Origin: an uncultured bacterium
GTDB lineage: Bacteria; Babelota; Babeliae; Babelales; JABCYS01
Direction: 5' to 3'
Length of the DNA stretch: 64,000 nucleotides
NCBI GenBank assembly: GCA_963705705.1
Contig: CAVPKK010000005.1
Location: 64,001 to 128,000, forward strand
Shown: piece by piece, positions 19,216-28,642 of the stretch
How positions within the stretch are numbered: the first letter of the stretch is position 1
Layout: every line of letters starts with the position of its first letter
The notes under the pieces: generated by a model
What the model was told of the DNA's origin: nothing
Database searches by the model: none
What the model saw: the letters and a program-made list of their open reading frames with translations, nothing else
Made by a program: the position numbers and the translations under genes

Positions 19216-19327
19216 CCCGCTTTGATCCTTCGATCTTTCGATAAACTCAGGAGTAAACTCTTCGACTCGAAGACTCCTGGTCGAAGGACTGCAGGCTGAG
19301 CCTCGTCGAAGCCTCAGGATGAGCGGG
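19216..19327 (+). repeat. 112-bp composite nested palindromic element between convergent tsaB and rsmE
   Basis: Type A ends enclose internal CTTCGA/TCGAAG modules; same architecture and length as 58096-58207. Confidence 0.85.
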
Positions 19328-20072
19328 ATGTGTGTGAAATATAAGAACGTATAATACCAATCCCAAGAAATGCGGCCTGCCATGAGCGGAGAATTGTTGG
19401 CGTTAATTTGACAGCAGTAAATCCAACCTCGTTCATCTGCTTTTTCTCATCAATCGTCAAATCACCTTCAGGTCCGATGAGGCATACAAAAGATTTGTTT
19501 GTTTCTTGATCGATACTCATCAAATATTTTTTTAATGATTCGCCTGCAACATCAAAGAATATGCGATATGCTGATGTCTGTATTGCTTTAAGAGCTTCTT
19601 CCAATAAAACAGTCGGCAAAATTTTGGGAATCGCAAACTGCTTACTTTGCTCCGCCGCGGCACGCATTATTTTCTGCGCCCGCTCGATATCGAAGCTCCG
19701 CTGACTTTTAGCTGTTACTATTGGCTGAATGGTAGTAACCCCAAGTTCGCACATAGCAGCCAGGCATTCTTCCATGGCTTCTCGCTTTAATATTGGCAGT
19801 AGCATCTGAATAGGTGGTTGCAGGAGAGATGAGATGGCGATTGATTGAATTTTTATAGTTACGGAATTTTTTTTGACCGCCACAATCACTGCTGAAATAT
19901 GATGGGTATCATCGAACAATATAATTGATTCATCAGGCTCTAAGCGCAAAATATTTCTGATGCGGCCGACAACATTCTCTTCTTTAATTTCTACCACATC
20001 GCCAATGCGGTTTTGAATGAGCGACTGCAGCTCCGCATGATAAATTGCAAATTCGTGTTTACCGTCTTGCAT
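19314..20072 (-). CDS. rsmE: 16S rRNA m3U1498 methyltransferase
   Basis: ILRLEP, ELGVTTIQP, AAEQS, LIGPEGD and ILRSW.A. Confidence 0.92.
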   Translation of the reverse strand: MQDGKHEFAIYHAELQSLIQNRIGDVVEIKEENVVGRIRNILRLEPDESIILFDDTHHISAVIVAVKKNSVTIKIQSIAISSLLQPPIQMLLPILKREAMEECLAAMCELGVTTIQPIVTAKSQRSFDIERAQKIMRAAAEQSKQFAIPKILPTVLLEEALKAIQTSAYRIFFDVAGESLKKYLMSIDQETNKSFVCLIGPEGDLTIDEKKQMNEVGFTAVKLTPTILRSWQAAFLGIGIIRSYISHTSRSS

Positions 20073-20080
20073 GATAAGAA

Positions 20081-20392
20081 TTAAGTTGTCTTTTTAATCG
20101 ATTTGCCACCCTGCCACCAGAGTGTTACGCGTTTCATTGGCCAATATAATTTCATAAATAGCCAGGCGCCGGTGCGCTTCCAGAGAGGTAATGTTTGTGG
20201 TTTGTGATTGGTATCGATAGTTATATCTGCAAAAGCATCATCATTTCCCCAAGGATCGTCGACGGCATTGCTTCGATCTTGCAGAGCTATTTTGTCGGGA
20301 TCTGATACTTGTATTTGATCGTTACCAGAAAGTTTAGGGCAGTAGCTTGAAATCAAAAGCAGACTGATAAAAGAGAAATTTCGTACAAACAT
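20081..20392 (-). CDS. Hypothetical exported or membrane protein
   Basis: Signal-like N-terminus; collinear with rsmE. Confidence 0.6.
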   Translation of the reverse strand: MFVRNFSFISLLLISSYCPKLSGNDQIQVSDPDKIALQDRSNAVDDPWGNDDAFADITIDTNHKPQTLPLWKRTGAWLFMKLYWPMKRVTLWWQGGKSIKKTT

Positions 20393-20472
20393 ATGCTATA
20401 TTTCCCAATGTTATTTTTTTAAAAGGGAAAGTAAGTTTAGCCACTCTTGCTAAACCGCGCAAAAGGTACCAT

Positions 20473-21993
20473 ATGCCAGGATCACAAAAACATCCAACCC
20501 TCCTCATTATTCTTGATGGCTACGGCTATAGTAAAGACACGCATTATAACGCTATAGCTAATGCCAATGCCCCACATCTGCATGCTTGGTTCAGGGAATA
20601 TCCACATGCGCTTCTTGCAGCCTCAGGCGCGGCGGTTGGATTGCTGCCCGGCACCATCGGCACTAGTGAAGTTGGCCACCTAACCATTGGCGCTGGCAGG
20701 GTAATTCCTGAATCCGTTCAGCGAATCCAGCAAGAAATTGAAAGTGGTGCCTTTTTTACCAACCCCACACTCGTGCAAAATTTAGATGCATTAAAAAACT
20801 CGGGCGGCAGGCTTCATCTTATGGGCTTACTTTCCGATGCCGGCGTGCATAGCCACATAAATCATTTAAAGGCACTCATTAAGGCTGGCATTGATCATGG
20901 CATTGAGCATATATATGTTCATGCATTTTTAGATGGACGGGATGTGCCGCCCCGCTCAGCACTGACCTATATCAATCAATTAAATAGAGTTTGTGCACAA
21001 AACGTTTGCGTATCCGTAGCTTCCATTCATGGCCGTTTCTTTGCTATGGACCGTGATAAAAATTGGCAACGAACGGAAGAAAGCTATCGTGTTTTGACCG
21101 CCACGCACCAACGCACGGTGCTTGATTATGAGGCTGAGGTTAAGCATTTTTATGAGCTACATATTTATGATGAGTTTATTCCACCTTTTCTTGTAGATCC
21201 TAATGGTATTATCCGCGATGGCGATGGAGTGATCTTTTATAATTTTAGAGCGGATCGAGCACGCCAACTAACAATGTGTTTTGTATGCCCAGGCAAGGTA
21301 CCATTCTCGCCACAACCGCCTCAATTAAAGTTCTTTATTGGTATGACTGATTATGATCACGACTGCCCGAATGTTCATCTCATTGAGAAAAAGCCGGTCA
21401 AGCATACGCTCAAAGAGGTTTTAAGTGATGCCGGCAAGACTATCTTTTCAATTGCCGAGACAGAAAAATATGCTCACGTTACCTATTTTTTTAGCGGTGG
21501 CCGCGAAAAAGAGTTTCCAGGCGAAACATGGCATCTGATCCCATCAATAAAAACAAAAGACTATATTCATCATCCTGAAATGTCGGCGCCTCAAATAACT
21601 GATGAAGCCCTTAAATCCTTGCACACAAAACCAGCTGACTTTTATCTCATTAACTATGCTAATGCAGATATGGTTGGGCATTCCGGTAATTATGATGCCA
21701 CTATTAAGGCGGTAGAATGGTTGGATGTAGAGCTCAAGCGGCTCTATGATGTGGTCATTCCGATGGGCGGCACTATGTATATAACGGCCGACCATGGCAA
21801 TGCGGAGCTGATGTTCGATGAAAAGAATGATCAACCCAAAACTTCGCATACCACCAACCCCGTCCCATTCATCATGATTAAAAAGGGCTTAAAGGATGGC
21901 GAACAGATGCTGCCGCTCAAAGAGCTATCAGATATCGCCCCATTCATTCTGCACAACATGGATCTGCAAGTGCCAAAGGAAATGGAACGATAA
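20473..21993 (+). CDS. gpmI: 2,3-bisphosphoglycerate-independent phosphoglycerate mutase
   Basis: ILDGYG, SEVGH, DGRD, AETEKYAHVT, DMVGH and TADHGNAE. Confidence 0.97.
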   Translation: MPGSQKHPTLLIILDGYGYSKDTHYNAIANANAPHLHAWFREYPHALLAASGAAVGLLPGTIGTSEVGHLTIGAGRVIPESVQRIQQEIESGAFFTNPTLVQNLDALKNSGGRLHLMGLLSDAGVHSHINHLKALIKAGIDHGIEHIYVHAFLDGRDVPPRSALTYINQLNRVCAQNVCVSVASIHGRFFAMDRDKNWQRTEESYRVLTATHQRTVLDYEAEVKHFYELHIYDEFIPPFLVDPNGIIRDGDGVIFYNFRADRARQLTMCFVCPGKVPFSPQPPQLKFFIGMTDYDHDCPNVHLIEKKPVKHTLKEVLSDAGKTIFSIAETEKYAHVTYFFSGGREKEFPGETWHLIPSIKTKDYIHHPEMSAPQITDEALKSLHTKPADFYLINYANADMVGHSGNYDATIKAVEWLDVELKRLYDVVIPMGGTMYITADHGNAELMFDEKNDQPKTSHTTNPVPFIMIKKGLKDGEQMLPLKELSDIAPFILHNMDLQVPKEMER

Positions 21994-22001
21994 CTGAGAA
22001 A

Positions 22002-22535
22002 CTATTTGGTACTATTAATGCCAAATTCTTTTAACACATCATCTGCGTGAGCAGAGGCATCAATATCCTTGAGTGATTTAACGATATTCCCTTCAGCATC
22101 GATCAAAAACGTCATGCGGGTTGGGAAAAAATTATTGATAAGTGGAATGCCGCTGCGAGCACCATATGCACGGGCCGCGCTGCCATCATCGGTCAAAATA
22201 GTAAATGTGAGATGATGTTCCGCTTTAAATTTAGCGTGAGACTTTGGCGAATCGAAATTGATACCCAAAATAACAATGTTATGCCGCGCATATAAATATG
22301 CTCTGTCTCTAAAGCTGCATGCTTGGGCTGTGCAAGCCGGTGTATTGTCATGAGGATAGAAATACAGAACGACTCTTTTGCCTCGAAATTCTTCAAGGGT
22401 GCGCCATTTGCCTGTTTCGTCTTGCAGTCTAAATGAAGGTGCCTTGCTGCCGGATGAAAGTTTTGTGGTTTTACTGCAGGCAGGAAACAATGATAGCATT
22501 CCTAAGAGGGAGAGAATCGAAAGTAATTTTTTCAT
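22002..22535 (-). CDS. bcp: Peroxiredoxin BCP/PrxQ with lipoprotein signal
   Basis: VLYFYPHDNTPACTAQACSFRD; lipobox LFPAC. Confidence 0.88.
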   Translation of the reverse strand: MKKLLSILSLLGMLSLFPACSKTTKLSSGSKAPSFRLQDETGKWRTLEEFRGKRVVLYFYPHDNTPACTAQACSFRDRAYLYARHNIVILGINFDSPKSHAKFKAEHHLTFTILTDDGSAARAYGARSGIPLINNFFPTRMTFLIDAEGNIVKSLKDIDASAHADDVLKEFGINSTK

Positions 22536-22669
22536 GATGCTGCTTTCATAGTGTTAGATTCGGAGATGGGAACTAAGTATATGGACCCGAAGACCGGCCG
22601 CAACAGCCAGGATTCACCAAATGCTTACAAATAGTAATGGGAAGGCGCCGCTGGAAATGGAGCATTAAT

Positions 22670-23227
22670 TTAGAACAACTTCCTTTGGTAGAAGACATAG
22701 TCGGGAGTCTCGGCGTATTTACCAAAGCCACTACGTTCATACAATCTACGCGCGCTTACATTATGCGGACGGGTAATTAATCGTACCACCGTTGCCCCTC
22801 GCCGTTGAAGATCAGCAACTGCAAATTCTAACAATGCATTTCCAATGCGTTTACTGCGGTGTGTAGGTTGCACATCAATAAACAGTATGATTCCCTCTTG
22901 AGCCGATTTCATGTAATAGGCAACAAATCCCACATCCGAATTATTTATTTGGGCAACTCTGATGTCCAAAATACCAAAGCTAGTTGCATCAGCGGTCGGT
23001 GATTTATGCCCAAGCCATTGCTCAAATAAAGCCGGATCATATGGTTGTGCAGTGAGCCAATACCAATCTCGATGAAACAAGCTTTCTATGAATGGCCTAT
23101 CGCGATAAGGATCGTAGGAAACAATGTTTGGCCGGGGGCCTGCACTATAAAACCAATAGCCGACTAGGGCCGCAATAATTATTCCGGCACTCAATAGATA
23201 GGGGCGTAAGCGGTTGAATATAGTCAT
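22670..23227 (-). CDS. Membrane-anchored GNAT acetyltransferase
   Basis: N-terminal TM; V.PTHRSKRIG..LL and N..ARRLYE..GF motifs. Confidence 0.85.
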   Translation of the reverse strand: MTIFNRLRPYLLSAGIIIAALVGYWFYSAGPRPNIVSYDPYRDRPFIESLFHRDWYWLTAQPYDPALFEQWLGHKSPTADATSFGILDIRVAQINNSDVGFVAYYMKSAQEGIILFIDVQPTHRSKRIGNALLEFAVADLQRRGATVVRLITRPHNVSARRLYERSGFGKYAETPDYVFYQRKLF

Positions 23228-24117
23228 CCTGAATGTCCCGAAGCCTTATAGTTGATCTTCCGCAATAGCAAACCATGTGCCGGGGCTTTTGGCAATATAC
23301 CAGCAAGATGACCTTGTTTATCTTTTAACGCATCGGGAATTGTCGAGACTGGGTATTGATCATCTCGGCTTATATGCAAAGCAGCTCCTACGATTCGCCG
23401 GATCATATAATGCAAAAAAGATTGTCCGCAAACAGTAATTCGCCAGATGTTGTATCGTTTTAAGAAATGTAATTCGATGCGGTCAATCGATCGGACAGTG
23501 CTTCTTAAATCGCCTTCGCTCATGGAGCAGAAATTTTTAAAATCATGAGTGCCAACAAATTGCTGCAATGCGGCATCTAATTTTGCGGGATTGAATGGAT
23601 AACGATAAAACCAAACATATCGGGCAACCATTGGTAGCGGCCGGCTGGTACTGAAATAGTAATGATACGTTTTTTGACGCACATTCTTTTGGGGGTTGAA
23701 ATCATCAGGCGCAATTTCAATGGAGCGAATGTGTATGCTCGGCGGTAGGCGATAATTCCAAACTCTTTTCAGCGCTTCAGGTTCAATATTTATATGCGAA
23801 AAAAATGATGCGACTTGTCCAAGGGCATGCACACCGGCATCTGTACGTGATGAACCAGTAATGCGAATGGGATGGGAAAATACTAGCTCAAAAATATCCT
23901 GCATGGCACCGGCGATAGTTGGGACTTCTGGTCTCGACTTAAAGCTTCGATCAGGCTGCGTCTGCAATCCTCGCGAGGAATCGAAGGATCGGCTTCCGGC
24001 GGGCGCCTGCTCCTGCCAGCCATAAAATTCAGTCCCATCGTACGCGATAGCCATTTTGTATGTTTTGATGATCGGTTCAGTTTTTATTGCCATGGGTGAT
24101 AGCCTAATTAAGCCCAT
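23224..24117 (-). CDS. truA: tRNA pseudouridine(38-40) synthase with a 25-aa insertion
   Basis: YDGTEFYGWQ, SRTDAGVHA.GQV, GTHDF..F, FLHYMIRRIVG and APAHGL.L. Confidence 0.95.
   Translation of the reverse strand: MGLIRLSPMAIKTEPIIKTYKMAIAYDGTEFYGWQEQAPAGSRSFDSSRGLQTQPDRSFKSRPEVPTIAGAMQDIFELVFSHPIRITGSSRTDAGVHALGQVASFFSHINIEPEALKRVWNYRLPPSIHIRSIEIAPDDFNPQKNVRQKTYHYYFSTSRPLPMVARYVWFYRYPFNPAKLDAALQQFVGTHDFKNFCSMSEGDLRSTVRSIDRIELHFLKRYNIWRITVCGQSFLHYMIRRIVGAALHISRDDQYPVSTIPDALKDKQGHLAGILPKAPAHGLLLRKINYKASGHSG
23932..24006 (-). repeat. Degenerate composite element, in frame within truA
   Basis: Reverse strand GATCCTTCGAT-TCCTCGCGAGGATTGCAGACGCAGCCTGATCGAAGC aligns to GATCCTTCGAT...TCCTGGTCGAAGGACTGCAGGCTGAGCCTCGTCGAAGC of 19224-19312. 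Confidence 0.7.
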
Positions 24118-24189
24118 GGATAAAGCAAAAGGAGCTGTGTGATGAGAACAGGTAAGGGCCTGGAAATATTGAACGACACCTTTTTTGGG

Positions 24190-24987
24190 CTATTTTCGAA
24201 TTTGGTAATACAGTTGTACGCCGATGACATATACAAAGGTCCGCGCAAGCCATAGTACAGAAGCGAAGCCTACACCTTTCATGATGAGCAATAAGGCAGC
24301 CTGTGAGTCCATATTAGGCTCAGGCGTAAACATAACGGTACTGCGCACCATTTGAACAACGAAAAGTAATGCAAACCATATGAGCCAAACGGGTGCTGCA
24401 TGTAGAATTATTGTACAGGTTGTACGCAAACCGGTTAAAAGCCCTTCCGGAGTCGGAGCTCTATCCAAAATGCCCAGCATGAATAGTAGCCCAAGTCCAA
24501 ATAGCGGAATGATTAGCCATGTTTGAATAAAATAATTTATTGCTAAAGGTAGCATGAGAGCAATCGATAACATCGATAAGACTATGGCCAATTTATATTC
24601 GCGCAAAATATGAAAAAAATAACCTTTTCGATATTTCTCTTGAGAAGGTCGTATTGCTGCTACATATCCCCAAATAGCAAGAATACTAATAATCGCAACA
24701 AAATATTTCATGGGGCCCTGATCTGCTTCAAGATTGGCCATGAAGAAGCTACCATTCTTTATGGATAGAGCGCCAAGAAATACGATGAGTAGTATCATAC
24801 TGAATAAAAAGGTCCATAAAAAAACGCGCAATAAAGGCCAAATTGATGTTCGAACTGAGTTATATCCTTCGATAACGAGCATCTTTAAATTATGTGGTCG
24901 TAGAAGCGCTAACGATTTCTGCCATGAGCCTATTAATGTGTTCATTAAAACTTTCTTTTGGGATGCGATTAAAAATACTAACAACAT
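24190..24987 (-). CDS. Hypothetical integral membrane protein
   Basis: About six hydrophobic segments; the true start may be the internal MNTLIG. Confidence 0.7.
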   Translation of the reverse strand: MLLVFLIASQKKVLMNTLIGSWQKSLALLRPHNLKMLVIEGYNSVRTSIWPLLRVFLWTFLFSMILLIVFLGALSIKNGSFFMANLEADQGPMKYFVAIISILAIWGYVAAIRPSQEKYRKGYFFHILREYKLAIVLSMLSIALMLPLAINYFIQTWLIIPLFGLGLLFMLGILDRAPTPEGLLTGLRTTCTIILHAAPVWLIWFALLFVVQMVRSTVMFTPEPNMDSQAALLLIMKGVGFASVLWLARTFVYVIGVQLYYQIRK

Positions 24988-25101
24988 ACATAGTAAAATA
25001 ATCTTCCTGTAAAAATCAAGAATTTTAGACTAGGAATTTGCGAGAGACAGGATAGTCTGTTTCCGTTTTGTGAAGATTTGCTGCTTTTCTGAGGGAGAAA
25101 A

Positions 25102-26388
25102 ATGATGTTAGGTTTAAGAAAATTATCCTTTTTAGGCACCTGTTTATTTCTTAGTACAACCATATGCTCAACTGATCCCAATGCAGCCTTTTTACGGCAT
25201 ATCATAAAAAATGCGCCATTAGTATTTGCGGGCAAAGAATCGGCCATCAAGCTTGTACATGAGGCGCAGAAGTATGGCAATGCAGACCTTCTCCGGGCAT
25301 TAGCTGGACATGCCAATGAAGAGACAATTTGCGAACAGCTTATTCGTTCGATATACAATAAAAATGTAGTTATTAAGGAAGTTGTTGTACCTGAAACACT
25401 CATTGACGAGCAAGGTCTTTTGACGGAAGAAGGAGCTGAATTTTTATTGGTTTCTGCATCACGAGACAAAAAAATAAGTGAATCGGAACTTCCTGATTTT
25501 TCAAGTTTATCCTTTGACAAATCCACGATTCAAAAAGTTGGCCGCGTCCTCCAGGTTTTCGTTATAACTTCCGAAAATCCCGATGATGATTCCTTCGTGT
25601 TTAAGAGTTTGCAAAATCGACCATGGGTCGGAGCGGAATCACACAGGTTAATAAAGGCGAGTAACTTTGAACCATTTCAACCGATTATATATCCCAATAA
25701 AGTTGCCAACATGCCGCAACTTATTTTCCCCTTTTCATATTTATCTTACCGTCATCAGGATGAGCGGCACGAAATGGGTCTTATGCATAAGGCCCCCGGG
25801 CAATCTTTAACATCTGTTATGAAGCGGTTAACAGATAAGCCCGATAATGCCAATGTTCGGCGCCTTGTAAGTCAAAGTTATTTTGATGTCGGCGTGGCCA
25901 TGGCATCTTTTTATGAGGCATTCAAAGCTCCTAACTCAAATTATAGCGAAGGCCTTAAAAGCATAATTATTGATGATCTTCATGTTGGGAATGTATTTTA
26001 CGATTTTGTGACGCGACAAGTAATTATTATTGATAACGAACGCCTAGCAAACAGCATCGGCAGGATTACAGATATTTCCCGTGATTTGGGTTACTTATTA
26101 ATTCAATCCGTTGATATGGTCAAATGGGTTAAAACTACACCTAATTTTCCGTTCAAGGATTGGTTTGAGTTAAGCATTACCAATTTTGTAAAAGGCTTTT
26201 TAAGCATCTATCCCAAAGAGAAAAAACAAGATATCTATGAGATCCTTGAACATGGGCTGATGACATACAAAGATAGTCTTACCGATACCATTTGGTGGGA
26301 AGACCCAAAAACGCATCAATATCTTGCGCCCATCTTCGACAGCTTACGTGTGTGGGTTAATGCAGAGACCAATATTTGTGCAAAGTAA
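25102..26388 (+). CDS. Secreted protein-kinase-like (APH/ePK fold) protein
   Basis: Signal peptide; FVFKSL, DDLHVGNV catalytic loop, IIDNE and DLG. Confidence 0.7.
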   Translation: MMLGLRKLSFLGTCLFLSTTICSTDPNAAFLRHIIKNAPLVFAGKESAIKLVHEAQKYGNADLLRALAGHANEETICEQLIRSIYNKNVVIKEVVVPETLIDEQGLLTEEGAEFLLVSASRDKKISESELPDFSSLSFDKSTIQKVGRVLQVFVITSENPDDDSFVFKSLQNRPWVGAESHRLIKASNFEPFQPIIYPNKVANMPQLIFPFSYLSYRHQDERHEMGLMHKAPGQSLTSVMKRLTDKPDNANVRRLVSQSYFDVGVAMASFYEAFKAPNSNYSEGLKSIIIDDLHVGNVFYDFVTRQVIIIDNERLANSIGRITDISRDLGYLLIQSVDMVKWVKTTPNFPFKDWFELSITNFVKGFLSIYPKEKKQDIYEILEHGLMTYKDSLTDTIWWEDPKTHQYLAPIFDSLRVWVNAETNICAK

Positions 26389-26466
26389 GAAGAAGTCTCA
26401 AATGCACAGATCAAAATAATTTAATCTCGCAAATGCACGCCCAACGAGCAGGATTGTTAAAATCAA

Positions 26467-26868
26467 TTAAGGAAGAATACTCAGGCCAGCCTCATAAACT
26501 TCTTGTTGCTTCGGAGAGCATTGTCCAGCTCTGCATCTATTTGCGAGTTGGCCCCAAGACATACCCGAAGTATCCCCTTCGCTCATTGCTCTTGCAGACC
26601 GCGCATTTTTTGCTCCACGGTGAGCTTTGCCTTTTTCATTTGTTTTTAGCACTGTTGTTTTTGGTGCATTAGTTGCTGGGGCCACCGCCGGTTTTTTTGC
26701 TGCAACGGTGCCAGATCTTTCTAGGGTTTTTGAAGTGGATTTTAAATGGTAACCCTTCATAACGGGCTGTACTGTCGCATTTTTTGGTTGTGGTTTTTCA
26801 TTCGGTACAGCTTGGATTGTGCACGAGATTAAAATGGCAAGCATGCCAAAAAATTTTGTTAACTTCAT
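26467..26868 (-). CDS. Small secreted protein, paralog A
   Basis: MKLTKFFG signal peptide; C-terminal GDTSGMSWGQLANRCRAGQCSP. Confidence 0.8.
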   Translation of the reverse strand: MKLTKFFGMLAILISCTIQAVPNEKPQPKNATVQPVMKGYHLKSTSKTLERSGTVAAKKPAVAPATNAPKTTVLKTNEKGKAHRGAKNARSARAMSEGDTSGMSWGQLANRCRAGQCSPKQQEVYEAGLSILP

Positions 26869-26934
26869 AAAAATTCCTTTTCATCTTGATCTGGGTATTA
26901 AATATTTGGAAATGATTTACTCGAAATTAATGAA

Positions 26935-27219
26935 TCAATTATAAAAATTTTCTAATACCGCTTTGTTAGTATTATAAACATTTTGTTCTTCAGGAGTGCA
27001 TTGCCCAGCCATGCATTTATCGGCTAATTGTTGCCAGGTCATGCCGGAGGTATCGCCTGCATTCGCCGCGCTTGCAGCACGTGTGGTAGTTACAGCTGGT
27101 TTGACGGCATTTCCTCTGCGAGTTGTTTGAGAAATATTTTGTTGTGGGTTTTGCGCATAGGCATTGCAGACGCAAGCGATAAAGAGGGCAAAAGTGCCCA
27201 AAAATTTTGTTAACTTCAT
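26935..27219 (-). CDS. Small secreted protein, paralog B
   Basis: MKLTKFLG signal peptide; C-terminal GDTSGMTWQQLADKCMAGQCTP; same RBS context as paralog A. Confidence 0.8.
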   Translation of the reverse strand: MKLTKFLGTFALFIACVCNAYAQNPQQNISQTTRRGNAVKPAVTTTRAASAANAGDTSGMTWQQLADKCMAGQCTPEEQNVYNTNKAVLENFYN

Positions 27220-27683
27220 GAAAATTCCTTTGTTGTATTAACTATTACCACCTCAATATAAAGAAGCTTGGGGCCAAAAAGCAAGAGTTGGAAAGATGGG
27301 ATGTCGCCTCGGCCGATTCAGAAGCTTTGGCGGCATAATGGATTTGGTTTTTGGTCTATTGATTAAGCTTTATATGGGTCCACGAAAAAAAGCCTTTCAT
27401 AGGCTCAAATGGCGGAACTTTCTCAGGTTGTCCCATATGCTTATATGGCAAACTGACCAATTCGACGCTAGATCCTATGGCGGCCAAACATAGGTTTTTT
27501 GAGTAAGAAATCAGGAAAAAGTCATTATAAAATCAATAAAAGTTGCTCTCTTTGTCATGCTGAAATGCAGAGAAATCAAAAGCGAAATTCAGCTTGGACG
27601 GAAATTGATGTTTTCATCACAATTCCAATGAAAATTCACAAAAAAAGCTAGGGAATGCTTAGAGAAGTTTTAGCAAAGAGAAT

Positions 27684-28610
27684 CTAAGTGATGTCGATGC
27701 CCAATTCTGCGGCGACTGCTTTTGGATCATTAGCGTCTAACCCAATAACATTGTATTTCGAAGCTGCAGTTAGGTTATTTTGTTGATCATCAACAATGAA
27801 GCCATTTGAACTGTTGATTTCACCGGTAGCAATAAGAGATGAACTTTCTGCATTTACACGTTGCGGGATCGTTGTATAAAAAGCCACATGTGGTTTTGCT
27901 AAACCCATCTCACCAGAAAAGAGTTGCATATCGCTGTATTCAAATATGTCTGGGAATTGAGCCTTCAATATCGCAGCATGCTTTGGCCAATTGCTGCAAA
28001 TGATGTTGGTATAAATACGAGTCCCTTGCGAATTTGTTGCTTGATGACACAACTTAAATAATATAATGAGCTCAGGATTGTATTTGTTAACTTCTTCGTA
28101 ATGATTGAAATACATATCACATTGTGCGCGGAAAATAGAAGCTTGTAAGCCACTCGTAAACTTACTTGCATTAGCCGCAATCCAAATGTCGATCGATTCC
28201 ATAACCTGGGGGCCTGATAATTTGCCGAGCAAATAGTCCCGTTGCAAGGGAGGCACGGGTTCGTTATTAACACCTAAGATCTCATAATCAGGAGCTTCAA
28301 ATTTTGATGGGATTTTAGAAAGATTGGTAAGGAACAGCTGTTTCATGTGTTCCTTAAAGCTTGGTTTTTGCTCTTGTTCAGACCAGAAAGAACTTACAGT
28401 GTTCCAACCCTTGGATAGCTCATATGCTGCCATATAAGCGGGCATATTAACGTAGCCAAAATATTTTAGGCATTTTGTGCCATCAACTTTTAATAAGGTA
28501 TCACCCAAATCCCAACGAACTGGAATTGGTCCCGATGTTGCTGGCGCAGAAGTTGGTTGTACCATTGAGCAAGTGAATAGAAGAATAAGTGCGAGTGCTA
28601 CGTGTTTCAT
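27684..28610 (-). CDS. HAD-superfamily hydrolase with signal peptide
   Basis: WDLGDTLL, CSNW, AKP and IVDDQ..N; paralog of 28643..29497. Confidence 0.75.
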   Translation of the reverse strand: MKHVALALILLFTCSMVQPTSAPATSGPIPVRWDLGDTLLKVDGTKCLKYFGYVNMPAYMAAYELSKGWNTVSSFWSEQEQKPSFKEHMKQLFLTNLSKIPSKFEAPDYEILGVNNEPVPPLQRDYLLGKLSGPQVMESIDIWIAANASKFTSGLQASIFRAQCDMYFNHYEEVNKYNPELIILFKLCHQATNSQGTRIYTNIICSNWPKHAAILKAQFPDIFEYSDMQLFSGEMGLAKPHVAFYTTIPQRVNAESSSLIATGEINSSNGFIVDDQQNNLTAASKYNVIGLDANDPKAVAAELGIDIT

Positions 28611-28642
28611 ATTTACTCCATTAAATTAAATATATTATTACT

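Noticed and set aside
27296..27680. Gene or decayed zinc-finger gene
   Set aside because: Short ORFs with CxxC-like words occur in different frames, with no RBS or family support.
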